A DNA stretch of 64,000 bases, taken from positions 32,550,001 through 32,614,000 of the forward strand of contig NC_043014.1 in the NCBI RefSeq assembly GCF_006345805.1, written 5' to 3'. Each line of letters starts with the position of its first letter. Within the stretch, counting starts at the first letter, position 1. Origin of the DNA: Octopus sinensis. Taxonomy: Eukaryota. Below the pieces are notes generated by a model. That model was not told where the DNA came from, searched no databases, and saw nothing but the letters and a program-made list of their open reading frames with translations. Both the position numbers and the translations under genes were made by a program. Shown here piece by piece: positions 38,221-52,882 of the stretch.

Positions 38221-38599
38221 TTATTACCTCCACCTTAGCGAAGGCGGAAGTATTATTTTCAGTTGTGTTTGTATTTTTTTATTTGTTTGTCCATGGACAA
38301 GATATCTCAAGAACCATTGGATGGATTCAGATGAAACTTTCAGGAATGTTTGGCCTCGTGACTGGCATGAACTGATTAGATTTTGGAATTGATCCAGTAC
38401 CGGACAAGGATTCTGGATTATTTTTCCAGTTTCTTTACTTAATTTCTGAGAGCAGTCAAGTTCATTATTAGTATTCTCATTTGTGAGAGCAGCTGAGTTT
38501 ATTTCAGATATCCTCATTTTAAAAATCCTCTCCAGCTAATCGTTGAGAGGACATTGGTGATGCCATGGTGGAGGTTAGCATTTTCTGAGTGCTCTTGTT
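38221..38599 (+). mobile_element. Helentron-associated interspersed element (HINE/DINE-1-like)
   Basis: Sub-terminal inverted repeats acctccacc (38226-34) / ggtggaggt (38567-75), 5' hairpin, T-rich ends, typical tttgtttgtcc...gatgaaactt core. Confidence 0.75.
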
Positions 38600-39048
38600 C
38601 TTATTACTACCATAATTATTAGGGTAGTGTGCTGTTCATCCTTTTGGGGTTGATAAAATAAATACCAGTTAAACACTGGAGCCACTTTAATTGACTTAAT
38701 CTCCAAATTCCAAATTTGCTGGTCTTGTTCCAAGATTTGAAACCAATATATCTAATTCTTGAGGCATTGAGCTGGCAGAATCATAAGCATGCCAGACAAA
38801 ATGCTTAGCAGTATTTTGGTCATCTTTATGTTCTGAGTTCTGAGTTCAAATTTTGAACACTGGGGTAATTGACTTAACACCTCACCCAAATTTCCTGGCC
38901 TTATACCAAAATTTGAAACCAATATGATATCTAATTCTGGAAAAGAATTGTTCGTCATTCTCTCAAAAGTTTGTAAATTCTTATGATGTTGATGAATATA
39001 GATATATAGATATGTAGATATAGAGAAATATATAGGCGAAGGTAGAAG

Positions 39049-39100
39049 GTCTTACAGCTGTTTCTAGGATATTAATTGATAATATCCCTTCATCGGAGAC
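39049..39100 (-). ncRNA. Candidate minimal type-I hammerhead ribozyme (Penelope-like, dimer-type stem III)
   Basis: Minus strand gtct-CCGATGA-a-gggatatt/aatatcct-a-GAAAC-AGCT-GTA|agac; palindromic ACAGCTGT stem III; second ttacagctgttt remnant at 39161-72. Confidence 0.7.
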
Positions 39101-40924
39101 AGTGTAAGAAGGTATAAATAAAGGCCATTGCATATTTTTGTTTATTGTAGTAAATTTGAGTTACAGCTGTTTATGGTAGTCATTAAAAGTTCAAAGGGTA
39201 AAGGGTAAAGGGCAAAGACCCCTTCAGTTATGAATGACCATGGGATGCACCTAGAAGTTCCCCTCTAAAGCACAAGTTCACGCACAAGTCCACACAAGGT
39301 CGTTTATGGAAGACTAGCAGTTTCCCATGCATACCAGCCTCCTCTCTTCATGCCACTGATGTTATCCAATGGAAAGGCAAAGGCCAGTACAGCTTAGCAC
39401 CAGTGACATCACAACTCATTTGTACAGCTGAGTGAACTGGAGCAACATGAAATAAAATGTCTTGCTCAAGAACACAACACGCAGCCCAGTCCAGGAATCA
39501 AACTCACTACCTTGTGATTGTTAGCCCAACTGAACCATGTGCCTTCATTATAGGTTTACAATAAAGAAAAATATGTTATGACCATTATTTATACCTTGTC
39601 TTGTATGTCACTCTGTGTAAAAACCAGTATAACTGGAGCCCAACTATGGATGGACTTTAACCTTGGATCCTGCCACAAGAACACACTGAGTCCTTTACTA
39701 ATCTAAACACCATTGTTAGTTTGGTGTACTAACAGAGAGCTTATAAATTAGCTTGCCCAGAATTGATAGATATAAATATATATACATATGCTATATGTTG
39801 TGCCCTTTTCTTTCATAATTTATGCTAGTAAATCTAACATCTCATCTTAAGTATAACCTTGCACCATGTTTTCATTACCCAAAATATTAGAATGTCATTT
39901 GCATTTTCCATTGAATAACTGGTAATTCTTCATCATGAAACTATTAGGACTTGATAATAAATTTCACTTGTATATAAGAATGTTGCGTAGTAATGGAGCA
40001 AGACATCAATTTCATGTAAGTGAATATACTCAATAACATGTGATGAGTACTTTTTCTTCCATACAGGGAGGGAGGACCGAAATTGTATGTGAGGCTGTGA
40101 GTGTGTGTGTATGTATACAACTATGTGTGTGCGTGTGTGTATATCTATGTATGTATATCTATATATGTATATATCCATATATATGTGTGGTCACACATAC
40201 ATATATATGTGTGTATGTATATATATATGTATTTGTATATATGCATATATACACACATACACATATACAAGCATATATTTGTATATACACACACATGCAT
40301 ACACTATATACATGAGTGTGTGTGTGCATGTATGTGTGTGCGTGTGTGTGCGTGTGTGTCTGTCTGTGTGTAAGTGTGTGTGTGTATAAGTGTGTGTATG
40401 TGTGTGTGTGTGTATGTGTGTGCTTGCGTGCATGTGTTTATGTCCATGCTCACATATATGCATGTATACATAAACCTGTAAAATAATATATCATTCTACC
40501 TGAAAAGTTTCGACCCCACCTCCAATCCACCCACATACCCCACCCACCATTTTTCCTTCTTCCATATTTTTGCTCAATAGAGCTTTCTGTCAGTGACAAT
40601 AGCACATTCTTTCTGACAATGAATAATGTAAAGATATTTCATTGACAAATGTTTCCTCAATAAATATTGAAGAAAAGATTATTTCCATACCCTATATAAA
40701 TAAATAAATTGAAGAAAAGAATGATACTAACCATGTTTTATTTATTACTCAAAGATTGAAGGGGTGTTTTGGTTATTTTAGGAGAAATAAAAGGAAATGG
40801 AGAGGCATATGTATTTCTTCATGACTGGGTTTGTATTTGTTTCATTTTTACCTTTTTTTCTGGTGGGGTGAGTGGGGAGGTTCTTTCACCTCTTTACCCA
40901 TTATTTATAACTTTGTATGTGTTT

Positions 40925-40968
40925 ATTTATTATTATTATGATGATGATGATCATCATCATTATTATTA

Positions 40969-41009
<41 letters not shown>

Positions 41010-41049
41010 TATTATCATCATCATCATCATTATTATCATTATTATTATT

Positions 41050-41147
<98 letters not shown>

Positions 41148-41185
41148 TATTATTATTACTGTTGTCGTTGTTGTTGTTATTATTT
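40925..41185. repeat. Compound (TTA)n/(TCA)n trinucleotide array
   Basis: Directly visible. Confidence 0.95.
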
Positions 41186-41971
41186 TAGGAGGCATACTGG
41201 AAAATTTCTTTTAGATGTGACACTAAAGTCCCATTCTCTCTCTGTGTCTTTCAGTTCCCATCAAATACATACATATATACATACTTACATACTTAAATGT
41301 ATATATACATGCACATGCATATATATGTATGTATACGTGTGTGTATATATGTATGTATGTGTCTATGTGTGTATCTATGTAATAAATATAAATTACTCTG
41401 CCTTTAATACATTGAGTCTGTCCTTTATTCTGATTGTGTTTCTCTTTGTCTTTATGAAAAACACAACTACATATACATACATATATATATATATATACAC
41501 ACACATATATATGTGTTTGACTATCTTTCTCTTTCTTTACCCATAATTCATTAGTTTGTTCACTGTGACAGCCATGTTGGAATTATCTCATGAAGCATTC
41601 AATGAAATCTTACTTTCCTTCTCTTCCCTTCATACTCTCCCCACCAACAACATCTCTACATGTCTCTATCTACCTCTCTATTTATCTACATGTATTTCTC
41701 TTCCTCTTTTTCTTCACTCATATTTCCCAGATTTTATACATTATTATGACAACCATGCTGGAAGTTTCTTAGGTATGGTTTTCAAAGCGTACTTCCTTCC
41801 CTCTCAAAGTCTTAATTTTTCTTTCTCAACCTCTTTCTACTCTGGTTCCTCATCTTATCCTTATTATTATTCCTTGTTACCCATAATTCTCAGGGTTGCT
41901 CATTGTGACAGACATGTTGGAGAATTATCCTCATGATGGATTTTAAATAATCTAACTTTACTCACTCCAAT

Positions 41972-42050
<79 letters not shown>

Positions 42051-42070
42051 TTCTATCTGTCCATCTATCA

Positions 42071-42218
<148 letters not shown>

Positions 42219-42239
42219 CTCTCTCTCTCTCTCTCTATA

Positions 42240-42277
<38 letters not shown>

Positions 42278-42583
42278 TGTCTGTCTGTCTGTCTGTCTGA
42301 CTATCTGTATATAGATAAAAGCACCATCCGAACGTGGTTGATGCCACCGGCGCCTTGACTGGCTTCCATGCCAGTGGCACGTAAAAAGTACCAACCGATT
42401 GTGGCTGTTGCCAGCCTTCTCTGGTCCCTGTGATTGGTGTTAGGAGGGGCATCCAGGTGTAGAAACACTGCCAGATCAGACTGGAGCCTGGTGCAGCCTC
42501 CTGGCTTCCCAGTCTCCGGTTGAACTGTCCAACCCATGCTAGCATGGAAGACAGACGTTAAACGGTGATGATGATGATGATGA

Positions 42584-42620
<37 letters not shown>

Positions 42621-42795
42621 CCTATATAAACTATACATACACACAGACACACATACATATAGCTTATACTTGTTTGCTTTTCAAGCAAAATGCAAATTGC
42701 TGACTAATGCACTTATATTAAAAGTGTGTTGAACTGTTACAGTTTGCATGCACACACAAGTACTCTATGCATGTGCATGGTGCATACATATGCAT

Positions 42796-42831
<36 letters not shown>

Positions 42832-43842
42832 ACGTTCATACATACACACATACATTCATTCATTCATTAAATGATGATGTTTGTTTACATTATGAAATAT
42901 AACACCTCAAGAAAATATAAAATAAATCATTTTATAGGTGTATTTCAAAGTGAAAACAACTATAAATAGCAGTGTGTAATATATAAGGTAAAAAAAAAAA
43001 AGGGCTGGAACATGGCCAACAGCTATCTACACCATTTGAACCATGAACTATGCATCCTCTAATACCCATGGCACACATGCTAACTGCTTACACTAAAGTA
43101 ACCTTCGGTCTGGCTTTCATCACATTAGATACTTCAGCCTTTTCTCTATCCAAGGGAGTTTTAACCCAATATATTATGTATTATTATTATTATTATATTA
43201 TTATTATTATTTTATTATTATTATTATTATTAATAGTCATATACACCATCAAAATAATTTATTTTATATATATATATATATATATCAAAATTATATGTTT
43301 CATATTTTCTCAAAGCTTCTACATTTCAAAATGTAAATAGATTTATTTTCTCGCTTGTAAGAACAAATCACCCAGTTTGACAGAAGGGAGAGACCAAAGG
43401 TTAATCCAGTGTATGTAAATGGTTAGCACATTTGTCATGGTACAGAAGATTCATGGCTTGAGTCCCACATGTAGCCTTCAGTCATTCTATTTTATCCAAG
43501 GGTGTTTTTTTAACTCAATATATTACATACTATTATTTATAGTAGTATTAATTTCAAAATATGTTGTTCAAATGATATTGTCTTGCATGGCTGTGTGGTA
43601 AGAAGCTTGCATCCCAACCACATGGTTCTGGGTTTAGTCCCACTGCATGGCACCTTGGGTAAGTGTCTTCTACTATAGCCTCGAACCGACCAAAGCCTTG
43701 TGGGTGGATTTGATAGGCAGAAAATGAAAGAGATTGATAGAATAAGTACTAGTCTTTAGAAATAGATCAAATGACTGAAACAAGTAAAAGAATGTATCTG
43801 TCTATCTATCTATGTATTTATCTTCCTATATATATATATATG

Positions 43843-43888
<46 letters not shown>

Positions 43889-43978
43889 AAATAATTAAGA
43901 TTCAGTTGAATTAGGTACTTAAGTTGAGGCACCAAGTCAGTCCAGTATTATCCACACAGCTCAAAGTAAGGTAAATAA

Positions 43979-44282
43979 AAAGCAAATAAGTAACATGGAT
44001 GTCCAGGTATTAGTGCATTACAGCCACTTCAGGTGGCTCCATTTAATCGATCAATGCAAGCGTTCATCAATTTGAAATAAACCACCTTCCTTGGATACAT
44101 AAGACCATACAGGATACTCCATTATAACATTTTAGAAGGAGTATTCTGTATGTTGAAAACCTATATGGTCTTAAGTATCCAAGGAAGGTGGTGTATTTCA
44201 AATTGATGTAATACTTGAATGGAGCCACCTGAAACGGCTGTAATGCACTAATACCTGGACATCCTTGTTACTTATTTGCTTT
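43979..44282. repeat. Long fold-back palindrome (~142-bp arms, 43979-44120 / 44138-44282)
   Basis: aaagcaaataagtaacatggatgtccaggtattagtgcattacagcc... mirrored; the left arm continues as unique element sequence to ~43895. Confidence 0.9.
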
Positions 44283-45119
44283 ATATATATATATAATAAA
44301 ACATAATAAAATAGGGTAATAATAAAATTATTATTACCAGTGGCCTAGCACAAAAAACGAATTAGTCATTAGACTATATATTATTCATATAGAAATACGA
44401 TAAGAGGTTTCCAAAGAGGAAAGCGTTGTGCTAGAAAGAGCAGTAGAAATCTCAAGACCACAAAAAGGATAAATTCATGAAAGGAATGAAAATTAAAAAC
44501 GTTTACCATCTCAACTATTTCCCAGACCGATGGTTTCTAACTATTTCCAGCAAAAAAGTATTTGCTGAAGGCCAGTTTCTTCAGTGGGACAGCCTTTAGA
44601 ATCCAGACATATATATATACTGACACTCTGTTGGTTACAACAACAAGTGTTCCAGTTGATCTGATCAATGGAACAGCCTGCTTTTGAAATTACCATGCAA
44701 GTGGCTGGACACTCTACAGACACACATACCCTTAATGTAGTTCTCAGGGAGATTCAATGTGACACAGAATGTGACAAAGCCAGACCTTTGAATGATAGGT
44801 ACAACTCATATTTGCCAGGTAGGTGACCTTGAGCAACATGAAATAAAGAGTCTTGCTCAAGGACACAGTGCACCACCAGGAATCAAATACAGAGGGAATC
44901 AAATAACTCATGACAAATTAACTTAGAAGCACCTCTGCATACATTTGGCTAACTGTTTACTCCCCTCAAAAATATTCTAAGTGATTCAACTCCTTATAAC
45001 ATTCCGTACAGAATTAAACAGTTGTTTACAGACACCAGGTATCCTGCCAATCCATTTATACATAAATGATATAATATATTATATTTATATTATATTATAT
45101 TATGAATATAATATTATAA

Positions 45120-45528
45120 TACTCTTTTACTCTTTTACTTGTTTCAGTCATTTGACTGCGGCCATGCTGAAGCACTGCTTTTAGTTGAGGAAATTGACCC
45201 CAGGACTTATTCTTTGTAAGCCTAGTACTTATTCTATCGGTCTCTTTTGCCGAGTCGCTAAGTTACAGGGATGTAAACACACCAGCATCGGTTGTCAAGC
45301 GATGTTGCAGGGACAAACAGACATACAAACACACACACATATATATATATACATATACGTATATACGACGGGCTTCTTTCAGTTTCCGTCTACCATATCC
45401 ACTCACAAGGCTTTGGTCGGCCCGGGGCTATATCAGAAGACACTTGCCCAAGGTGCCACGCAGTGGGACTGAACCCGGAACCATGTGGTTGGTCAGCAAG
45501 CTATTTACTACACAGCCACTCCTATGCC
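45120..45528 (-). mobile_element. SINE family A, full length
   Basis: Close match to family consensus. Confidence 0.9.
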
Positions 45529-46387
45529 TATAATATTTATGAATTATTTATATTATGTATATTATAAATAGTAATAGTTTATGATATAAATATTACATTA
45601 AAATACTATAATATATATATGTTGTGTTCTGTATTATTTAGAGAACAAAAATGGATAGCTCAAAACTTCACTGCACAAGTTTGGGTTTTTTTACTTTGTT
45701 TTCAACCAATGTGACATAAATTACATTACATAAGTCAACAATGTTATTCAGGTTATATATTGCTGCCTTCATGTTAAATACAAACAATCTATAAGGATAG
45801 GAAAATTTATAAATATGTAGAACGAAGTAATGATTTTCAAAGTGGGTAGGGGACATTCAATTTTGTAACCAATCAAATGGTCAAAAGGCCATATTCTATT
45901 CATACGTTGGAATTTATGGCTGAGTTTTTGATGAGCATCATCATTGTCATTGTTACTATAATCTTCCTTTAACGTCCACTTTCCCCGTTGGCATGGGTAG
46001 GAAGGTTTAACAGGAAATTGGTGAGCTGCAGGGCTACATCGAGCTCCAGTGTCATCTTTGGTATGGTTTCTATGGCTGGATGCCCTTCCTGATGCCAACC
46101 ACTTTACTAACTGTAGTGAGTGCATTTTTTCATGCCACTGTCACTGTACAGAGTGTACTGCATGCTTTTTTTTTTCCATGCCTCCGGCATTAGTGAGGTT
46201 GTCATGTAACCTGCATGACAGAAAAGAATAGAGGAAGGAAAGGGAGGAAAAACTTCCATTATTAATAAGTATTTTGGAGGGAAAGTGGAGATGAGTGGCA
46301 GTATACTAGGTGTTGAAAGGCTAAAGTAGAGAGTTAAGCACAGGTGTCTTGCTGCAGAGGAGATATATAGCTGTAGGAGATAAGAGG

Positions 46388-46546
46388 CCAAAAGTTTGGA
46401 ACATAGGTCTGAAAATTAGAATTTTTATATTAAATGCCAAAAGTTATACTTAATTTGCAATATATTATTACTACTTACAGTAATATAGTGGGTATAGTAA
46501 TTAAAATTTTTTTTTAAACGTTCCAAACTTTTGGCAAGGACTGTAG
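46388..46546. mobile_element. Tc1-type MITE remnant
   Basis: gccaaaagtttggaac ... gttccaaacttttggcaaggactgta. Confidence 0.65.
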
Positions 46547-47296
46547 TGATGGGATGCTAGAGCAAACTGTCGAGGAAGAATGGAGAAGGTGAGAATAAGA
46601 GCCGATGAGGATAGTGGATCATGGGTGGGGCGAGAGAGTAGATGCCTTCATAAGAGTGTGAGGAGGGAATAAACAGGTGAGTGTAGTGGTTAGTGTAGTG
46701 AGTGATGAACACGGGCTGGGGGTGGGATGCAGATGATGGGAAATACTAGTATGCAGAGGATTGAGGTGGGAGATATAGGAATGGCTCAGGAACAGAAAAT
46801 AGTGGGTTGATGTGCAAGGTGTAGGAGCAATGAAGAGGGAGGCATAGGGGAACATAAGGGTCTATAGTAGGTGGCATATGATGACTGATATGGGAATGCA
46901 TTGAGAATGATAACAGATAAGAGAGGTAGTTCAGAGGTGGGGGACACCGTTTAGGAGGGTACAGGATGTAATATGTGTGATATTGCTTGTAGGTGAGTAC
47001 AGCAGCCATGAAGTACCATAGATGTGATGTAGGGGAATGCTTGATATGTCAGGGAGAGAGAAGTTGGGAAATGGCCTCACATGTATAAGCATATTTAAGT
47101 GGTTTTTTGGATATTTTTGCTGTAATATCTAATAATAAACAACACTGTAAGCTCCAAAGCAAGTCAACCATTCAAATTGACTGAGATTTTGAGTGTCACC
47201 AGGACCATGTAAGAACATATCCGTTCTTAAGAAATTGATAAGAAATACTTGAATCTGTAAGTGATATATGTGAAATAGATTATACCTTTTCGTTTA

Positions 47297-48487
47297 CAGG
47301 GTTTCCCAAAATTAAGGCAACTGAAGTTTCAGGCTTTAATAATTATCAATGAATGTGATAAGATATGAAAATTATACATAATTTTAAGTTTAGTATGTCT
47401 TCTTTTCATTTTAGACTAAATAAATTCAGATTTATAAATTAGATAATGGCTATAGGCCAAAATGTAATCATAACCCCAACAAAGGAGACAAAAGTAATAC
47501 AGCCATAGCAAAAATGCTTAAAATTAACAAAACAACAGTCTGGAAGTGTGCAGACCCCTCAGCTTATCAAAAGTACCAGAGAAAAGATACAGTGAAATCC
47601 TCATTGTTCCATCAGAAAACTGGCTGTCATAGCAAAAAAGCCGAACATAAATGTATTAAGTGCTGAAGGGGGATCTCAGGACCCACCCCTACAAAATAAT
47701 CTGCTATCATGAGCTCACACAAGTTTATAAGGCCATGAAACTGGAGAGAAGTCATCTTATTGTGTATCAGATTGCTGAAGACATGCTTCCCAACTCGATA
47801 TTCACTGATGAGAAGAAATTTGACATTGAACAAAATGGCGAACTTTGGACTGTATCTAGCTTTGGCAAGGGTAGACTCATAAATCGATGTCAAAATCCAC
47901 AGTCAGTTATAGTTTGGACAGCTGTGACGGCCACTGGAAGGTCTCCCCTCATTTTTGTGCCCTCAAATGTTAAAATTAACACCCAGCAACATTCTGGAAG
48001 CTGAATTGTTTCCATGGGCGAATGAACACTTTCAAACACACTTTGGAGCCACCAACATGACTCTGCACCAACACACAGCTCTAAACAGACACAACACTGG
48101 ATTCAGAAAAAACATTACGTCATTCATAGGCAATGAGGTATAGCCCTCAAGAAGCCCCAATCTCAACCCATTGGACTGTTCTGTTTAGTCCATTTTGGAG
48201 ACAAAGGACTCAAGCACTCCTCGTGCTTTGTTCAACACACTGAAGGTAAAAATGTGCCAGAAATGGGCTTCGATTCTGCAAGAAGAGTTGCATGCCATGT
48301 GTGGAGTATTCGCACCTAGGCTTAAGGCTGTGATTCGAAAGAGAGGTGGTCATATTGAATAAATGTGGTAGTGTCATAATTGTGTTTCCTTTACTGTTGC
48401 ATTGCCATGCTTGGACCTGAAATATATCAATATTTTGCTTTGGCAAAATTGAAAAAAAGTTGGTTGCCCTAATTTTGGGACACCCTG
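47297..48487 (+). mobile_element. Full-length maT (DD37D) DNA transposon, decayed (1191 bp)
   Basis: TA TSDs; TIR cagggtttcccaaaattaaggcaac / gttgccctaattttgggacaccctg; IFTDEKKF ... HDSAPTH-(37 aa)-SPNLNPLD. Confidence 0.92.
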
Positions 48488-48499
48488 TATACACACATA

Positions 48500-48600
48500 T
48501 TTATATATATAAAACTGAGAATGTGTGTCTGTCTGTGTGCATCACTAAAACTCGAGAACCACCCAACCAATTTCATTCAAATTTTACACCAGCCTTACAT
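48500..48600 (+). mobile_element. Helitron-like 5' end fragment
   Basis: tatatatataaaactgagaatgtgtgtctgtctg...accaatttcattcaaatttt resembles the start of 5016. Confidence 0.45.
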
Positions 48601-50004
48601 ATTCTATCAGTGTCTTTTGCTGAACTGCTAAATTATGGGAACTTAAACAAAGCAAAATTGGTTGTCAAGCAATGGTGGGAGTACAAACACAGACACAAGC
48701 ACAGACACACACACACATACACACACACAAATATAAACACATATATATGACAATCTTCTTTGAGTTTCTGTGTACGAAATCCACTTACAAGACTTTGGTC
48801 AGCCTGAGGCTATAATATAGATATATATATATAAATATATGTATATATATATATATAACTTAGCGGTTAGGCAAAAGACACTGATAGAATAAGTACTAGG
48901 CTTACAAAGAATAAATCCTGTGTTTGGCTTGTTCAACTGGCTGCAGTCACATGACTAAAACAAGTAAAACAATAAAAAACTATGCCATTTTAATCCCAAG
49001 TGAGGCCAGGTATCTCTGCTACTATACTATCCAACATTCACTTACAAGGGAGTATACAGAATTCAGTGTTTTACCCTTTTCTTTATATCTATGACTGAAG
49101 TTTGTTGCCTGTTTATATCTTTTATCTTTTACTTGTTTCACTCTTTAGACTATAACTGTGCTGTTGTTTGTTTCTTCTTGAGCCATACCTGGCTCATAAG
49201 GGCTGGTTTCCTGGTTTCCTTGGCGTAGAGGTTCCCCACCTGGACTGGACGCCGGTCCGTTGCAGGTGAGCTGCAAGATACAGGAGGAAAGAGTGAGAGA
49301 AAGTTGTGGCAAAAGAGTCAGCAGAAGTTCACCTTTACCTTCTGTCAGAGCCGCATGGAGCTTAGGTGTTTTGCTCGTAAACACACACATCGCCCGGTCT
49401 GAGATTCAAACCTGCGATCCCTCGACCGCGAGTCTGCTGCTCTAACCACTAGGCCATGTGCCTCCACACACCCGTGCTGGGGCACCATGTTCATACATAT
49501 ACACACTCATCCATACAAATCATACCTGTGGAAATTTTATTATTTTGAAAACTATTTAAAAATTTTAAAGTATAGAGAGAACTATGCATTATATAATTGT
49601 TTTCGATATTGCATTATGCTTGAAGTATTTGATTTCTTGGCGAATGTAAAAGTCCACACAAGTAGCATTTAATGTACAGTCTTAAGAGATAACATTTCTG
49701 GAAGCTATTGTCCTTGTTATACACTTATCGCCTTTTCTAAGTTGAGAGTTGTCTATTAATTTTCACTTTACATCAAGAAGTAAAGAATTTATATAGTATA
49801 TTTATAATATAATATTTATGTTATATATACACATATAATGTATAGCCTCCGTTTTCTTCATTAATGTATTGATATAAAAATAAATACATACACACACATG
49901 CACACACACACATACTTACATACATACATAATACATACAAACATACATACATACAACATACATACATACATACATACATACATACACATACATACATACA
50001 TACA

Positions 50005-51510
50005 TCTTGTGGATGATCTCAAGATTTATGCTAAAAAGTTTAACATTGCCAAGAAACAACAGGAGTAATAATAACGTTTTCAGCTGATATAGGAATGGAA
50101 TTTGGCCAGAAGAAATGTTCTTGTCTGATTATTGAATGGGGAAAATCAGTCTCCCAGACATAAACCCTGTGCATCAATAGTCTCACTATCTCTCCTGTCC
50201 CACACAAAGAATGCTACAAGTACCTAGGCATTGATGAAAATATATTATACCAAGGTATTGTGAATAAAGATAGAGTAACCCATCAATATTACACCAGACT
50301 AAGAAAAATATGGCAGTCTGAACTCTCCTCTTACATGACAATATCTCACTGCATTTGCAGTACCAGTGCTGATTCTAACATTTGGGACCTTTGACTAGTT
50401 TGTAGAAAAAATCCATTACATAAATATAGAAGCCTACTAAATTCTAACATCAACTGGAAATCGCCACAGAAATAGTGATATCAGCAGATTCTACATAAGA
50501 AGAGATAATGGAAGTAGAGGCAAATGTTGTATGATCTCTTTCAGACAGCACTTGCCAAACAACAGCAGCAAAAATAGATACATTAATTTAATACTAGAAA
50601 GTAAAGAAAACAATGTCCTACATGTTGGAAGTGAGCATCTCATGAAGCACTCTTTCCCTGATGACCTTCCATACAACCCCAAATCAACAGGACCTCAAAG
50701 ACCTGGAGGTGAAATGTTCAGCATGCCAAAAAGAGACTGTGCATGGGTATATTTCCCAAGAACTTGAAGAAGATAATAACAGTGACATGAAGTGAAGCTT
50801 CTCTTAGACACATAAGTACTGCATCACATCACACATCCAAAGCTATGCATTTGCAATCCAAAAACAAGAGGCTGCTACAAAATACTTGATCAACAAAAGA
50901 GACAGTGAAGTCTTTGGAATTCCAAGATGCAACTAAAAATGTAAATTATATCATATTTCTGTGGAAGACATCACACATGTGGTTAACAGCTGCCCCAAAA
51001 TGTCATCAAGATACTACCTCCCTATGGGACATGTCATTGTTGCAAAAACGATATACCAAGCCATTTGGTAAAAAGAGTGTCCTGGAATAAATATAAAGAA
51101 TCCACTTGTTATTGAATGCATACACAAATATCAGCCCAATGAATGCTGGTGGAACATTCCTATTATAATATGTCAAATGTAAGCATAACAGACCAGATAA
51201 TGTTATTTGGGATAGACAAGAAAAGGTACTGTCATAGCAGTCAGCTGTCCTGTTGACGTGAATATTTTGAAAATCAAAGAGAAAGAATATAACTATGGAG
51301 AACTGCATTGAAACTTTCAGCTTCTATATCCAGATTAGACATTTACATTTACACCAATAATAATTGGAGCACTTGGTTTTGTAAGTAAAATGCCTGACAG
51401 TCAGTCTGGATAAGCTTGGATTATTTAAAAAAGTGATCAACGCATAACAAATTCAGTCTGTAAGCGGAACAGTAAAATTATGCAAGACTTTTCTGAGGTT
51501 TAAAATGTGA
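50005..51510 (+). mobile_element. 5'-truncated R4/Dong-clade LINE (RT C-terminus, CCHC, REL endonuclease)
   Basis: VDDLKIY...YKYLGIDEN...AFAVPVL...EDITHVVNSCPKM...HNRPDNVIWDR...PIIIGALG...CKTFLRFKM*; many stops. Confidence 0.9.
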
Positions 51511-52038
51511 CATTGTTTTCATTATCTACATCCCAATGATGAGGCTTTGTTTCTTTGTTAGAAACCAGCTTCTTCTTCAGAGGAAGAATTAAAATGATTA
51601 TAAACAGAAGAGAAAGACACATACATACATACATACATACATACATACATACATACATACATACATACATACATACGTACGTACGTACATACATACATAC
51701 AAGTACATATATATCTTTTAGTTTTTACTTGTTTCAGTCATTAGACTATGGTCATACTGGGGCACTGCCTTGAAATGTTAGTCAAATGTATAGACACTAA
51801 GTTACAGGGATGTAAACACACCAACACTGGGCATCAAGTGGTTGTAGGGGGTGACAAATACAGACCAAATCCACTCACAAGGATTCGGTTGGCCTGAGGC
51901 TATGGTAGAAGACACTTACCCATGAGGTTGGGAAAATACACAGCTTAGCTAGACAGATAAACAGACAGACACTCACACAAACAGACAGGCAGGCAGACAG
52001 ACAAACAGGCAGGCAGACAGACAGACAGGCAGGCAGAC

Positions 52039-52097
<59 letters not shown>

Positions 52098-52100
52098 GAG

Positions 52101-52175
<75 letters not shown>

Positions 52176-52769
52176 CATCATCCTTATCAATATTATTATC
52201 ACCATGTGACATCCATCTTCCTTGCTGGCATAGATTGGATGGTTTGACAGAACCTGAGAAATTTGAGGACTGCATTATACCCCAATAACTATTTTAGCAT
52301 AGTTTCTATGTCAGAATGGCCTTCCTTATGTCAGCTACTTTACAGAATGTACTAAGTGCTTATTTCATGGCACCAGCACTGGTGAGGTTACCATGGAACT
52401 TGCAAAACTAAGATTTCTTTCAATTGACTTTATGCAAGAATATAAGGAGTTATATATAAGAATATAATGTATGAAAGAAAAGACTTCAATAGATTGATTT
52501 TCTTGTAATTCAGGAGGTATTACATGGCTACTAACATTATCATATGTATGGTGGGATTTCATACAGTTTCTATCTACCTGATTCACTCGCAATGCATGAG
52601 TTGGTCCAGAGCTATAGTTGACATATGCCCAAGGTGCCACACAGCAGGTTTGACCTTGAAATCATATTCTTGCAAAATGTGTTTTTTAATCCTACAACAA
52701 TACCTGCACCTGTACACACACGCACGCACACACACACACACACGCGCGCACACAAACACACACACACTC

Positions 52770-52882
<113 letters not shown>

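Noticed and set aside
39191-39215. Telomere-like (GGGTAAA)n
   Set aside because: Only about three units; it is the 3' tail of a minus-strand SINE
41731-41772. Plus-strand exon DFIHYYDNHAGSFL
   Set aside because: Core resembles decayed SINE A tail (gac..ccatgctgga), with similar remnants at ~41560 and ~41900
46560-47080. Penelope RT/GIY-YIG coding fragment
   Set aside because: C-rich minus strand gives only vague LINE-like hints; clade cannot be supported
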